Shown here: positions 62,695 to 64,000 of the stretch, in pieces
Position numbering within the stretch: position 1 is the stretch's first letter
Layout: the number at the start of each line of letters is the position of its first letter
Assembly (NCBI GenBank): GCA_963674705.1
Contig: OY771506.1
Span: forward strand, 4,768,001 to 4,832,000
Source: Phycisphaeraceae bacterium
GTDB taxonomy: Bacteria > Planctomycetota > Phycisphaerae > Phycisphaerales > Phycisphaeraceae
DNA: 64,000 bases
Reading direction: 5' to 3'
Made by a program: the position numbers and the translations under genes
The notes under the pieces: model-generated
The model's database searches: none
Told to the model about the DNA's origin: nothing
The model's input: the letters and a program-made list of their open reading frames with translations, nothing else

Positions 62695-63999
62695 TCAGTA
62701 TTTATGAATATTAAGTTTGAAAACGACCTTGCCCTGGATAACGGCTTCTGCGTCATAAACTTGCTTGACCAACGGTGTGTAAGGAACTGCTAACGGCCGG
62801 GTGGGACTCTGAAGGATCACCGACCGGCTTGATGGAAGCCGAGGCAATTCGTTCCGGCCCAACGCCAATCCGGCATCAGGCAGTTGGAGCGTAGCATAAA
62901 CCGCGTCTGTTCGGTAATCCAAAGATTCCTGCAGCAGTTCCACCAATTCATCCATTGAACGCGCGATCATACGATCCGGGTTCGATGCCATGACAATCTC
63001 TGCGTGCTTCTCCACGCCGCTGATAGTCAGGGGGTACTCTCCCTCGTCCAGATACTCAGGGATCTTGAATGTGATCCGACGGTTTTCCAATGGACCGGCA
63101 TAGTGCTTGAGTTGCAGGTCGATCGCAACAGTCTCACCGGGCTTGACTTCCACGTGATCCAGTTGGGCCCCCACAATATCTGCCAGACGTATGCCCTCGG
63201 TAAATTCCACATCGACAACAGCTTTCACAAGCTCGAGGTTTTCGAATGGATTTTCGGTCATTGTCGACAGTAATGGCATGAGTTCAGGGACAACGTTTCG
63301 TGCGGTACCTCCAGCGACCACAGTATCGACGTTAAAGTGACGCCCGCCTGTGAAGGACAAATCAGCTTTGAGTCGGAAAGTATTCTCAATCGGTGGCGCA
63401 TGAAGCGCCATGATGCTCATAAAAATCACATTGGCGGTTGAACGTGGTCCGTAGGCGGGGTGTGTCGCGACTTGGTAGTGGTAATCCATGGCTTCGTGCC
63501 CTGGAATGTGGACCGTTACGTCGACGGGCGCGGTGTGATAGCGTTTTTCAGCGATTCCAACCGTACCCGCATTTTCATCGCGCACGATCGTCCCTTGTGG
63601 AATCAAAGTACCTGACTTCTTGAAACTGATCGATCGGCTGGGTACGACAAAGTGCACATAACCAGTTGCCATGGGCAATGCCATTTCGCCCTCGCCGGAC
63701 ATCTGGTGCCCCAGCGCCAGTACTTCACCGGTGGGCAAAATATCAGTCACGGTGCCGGTCGCGCCCAGGTCAAGATCGCCGAAAGCCAAGGCAATAGCCA
63801 TGACGCTTCCGGGTTCCAGCATGGTGTTCTGCACATCAACATCGTGCGGGGGCTCACCGCCGATCGCGCCGGATGGACCTGCCACGGGCATCAAACCAAA
63901 AGGCTCATAAAGAGGGGCAAATACTTCTACCGCTTCCGATGATCCCATCGTGATTGGAATCATCATCGGAAGCATTCTCTTATTCAAATCTGAGCCTAC
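62695..63999 (-). CDS. SpoIVB/peptidase S55 domain-containing protein, 5' partial
   Basis: LEPGS..GDLDLGATGTVT..VLALGH..SFK; frame open to the window edge. Confidence 0.75.
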   Translation of the reverse strand, partial: VGSDLNKRMLPMMIPITMGSSEAVEVFAPLYEPFGLMPVAGPSGAIGGEPPHDVDVQNTMLEPGSVMAIALAFGDLDLGATGTVTDILPTGEVLALGHQMSGEGEMALPMATGYVHFVVPSRSISFKKSGTLIPQGTIVRDENAGTVGIAEKRYHTAPVDVTVHIPGHEAMDYHYQVATHPAYGPRSTANVIFMSIMALHAPPIENTFRLKADLSFTGGRHFNVDTVVAGGTARNVVPELMPLLSTMTENPFENLELVKAVVDVEFTEGIRLADIVGAQLDHVEVKPGETVAIDLQLKHYAGPLENRRITFKIPEYLDEGEYPLTISGVEKHAEIVMASNPDRMIARSMDELVELLQESLDYRTDAVYATLQLPDAGLALGRNELPRLPSSRSVILQSPTRPLAVPYTPLVKQVYDAEAVIQGKVVFKLNIHKY

Positions 64000-64000
64000 G

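Noticed and set aside
1..64000. CRISPR array, rRNA or intact tRNA
   Set aside because: No regularly spaced repeat-spacer array or rRNA-like sequence seen; the only tRNA-like pieces are the two 3' halves.

Overview
A 64-kb accessory-rich window, most likely from a Planctomycetota (Phycisphaerae-like) genome. This is inferred from eight PEP-CTERM proteins, five dockerin-like modules and three prepilin/H-X9-DG (DUF1559-like) proteins. Left to right: (1) 1-7.1 kb, an ABC exporter plus three paralogous GT-B glycosyltransferases, a pyruvyl-transferase-like gene and a GT39-like gene; (2) 7.1-8.2 kb, a nest of IS elements and remnants (IS1595/IS1016-group, an 85-bp structured repeat, an IS5 tail); (3) 8.4-24.9 kb, a carbohydrate locus (DUF5009, two GHL10 hydrolases, oxidoreductases, sugar ABC transporter, GntR-LacI regulator, PEP-CTERM/dockerin and prepilin genes) bracketed by two copies of the 85-bp repeat; (4) 25-37.2 kb, an alpha-glucan/dextran locus (GH31 pseudogene, large GH31, LacI with two operator-like palindromes, prepilin, two PEP-CTERM proteins, GH66-dockerin-PEP-CTERM); (5) 37.8-58.3 kb, an integrase-less island between two tRNA-Ile(GAT) 3'-half att repeats, carrying a damaged IS3, nhaR, an HPF/USP/2-phosphoglycerate-kinase-like/HAD operon, mrpA-G and a desaturase/DUF1365/cfa lipid-modification cluster resembling furan fatty acid synthesis; (6) 58.8-64 kb, further PEP-CTERM/prepilin genes and a partial SpoIVB-like S55 protein. 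The best candidates for under-described systems are the recurring regulator-prepilin-PEP-CTERM/dockerin-glycosidase module (a SusCD-free polysaccharide utilisation architecture) and the NhaR-linked kinase/phosphatase-Mrp salt island. All family calls come from motif recognition by eye; no searches were run.
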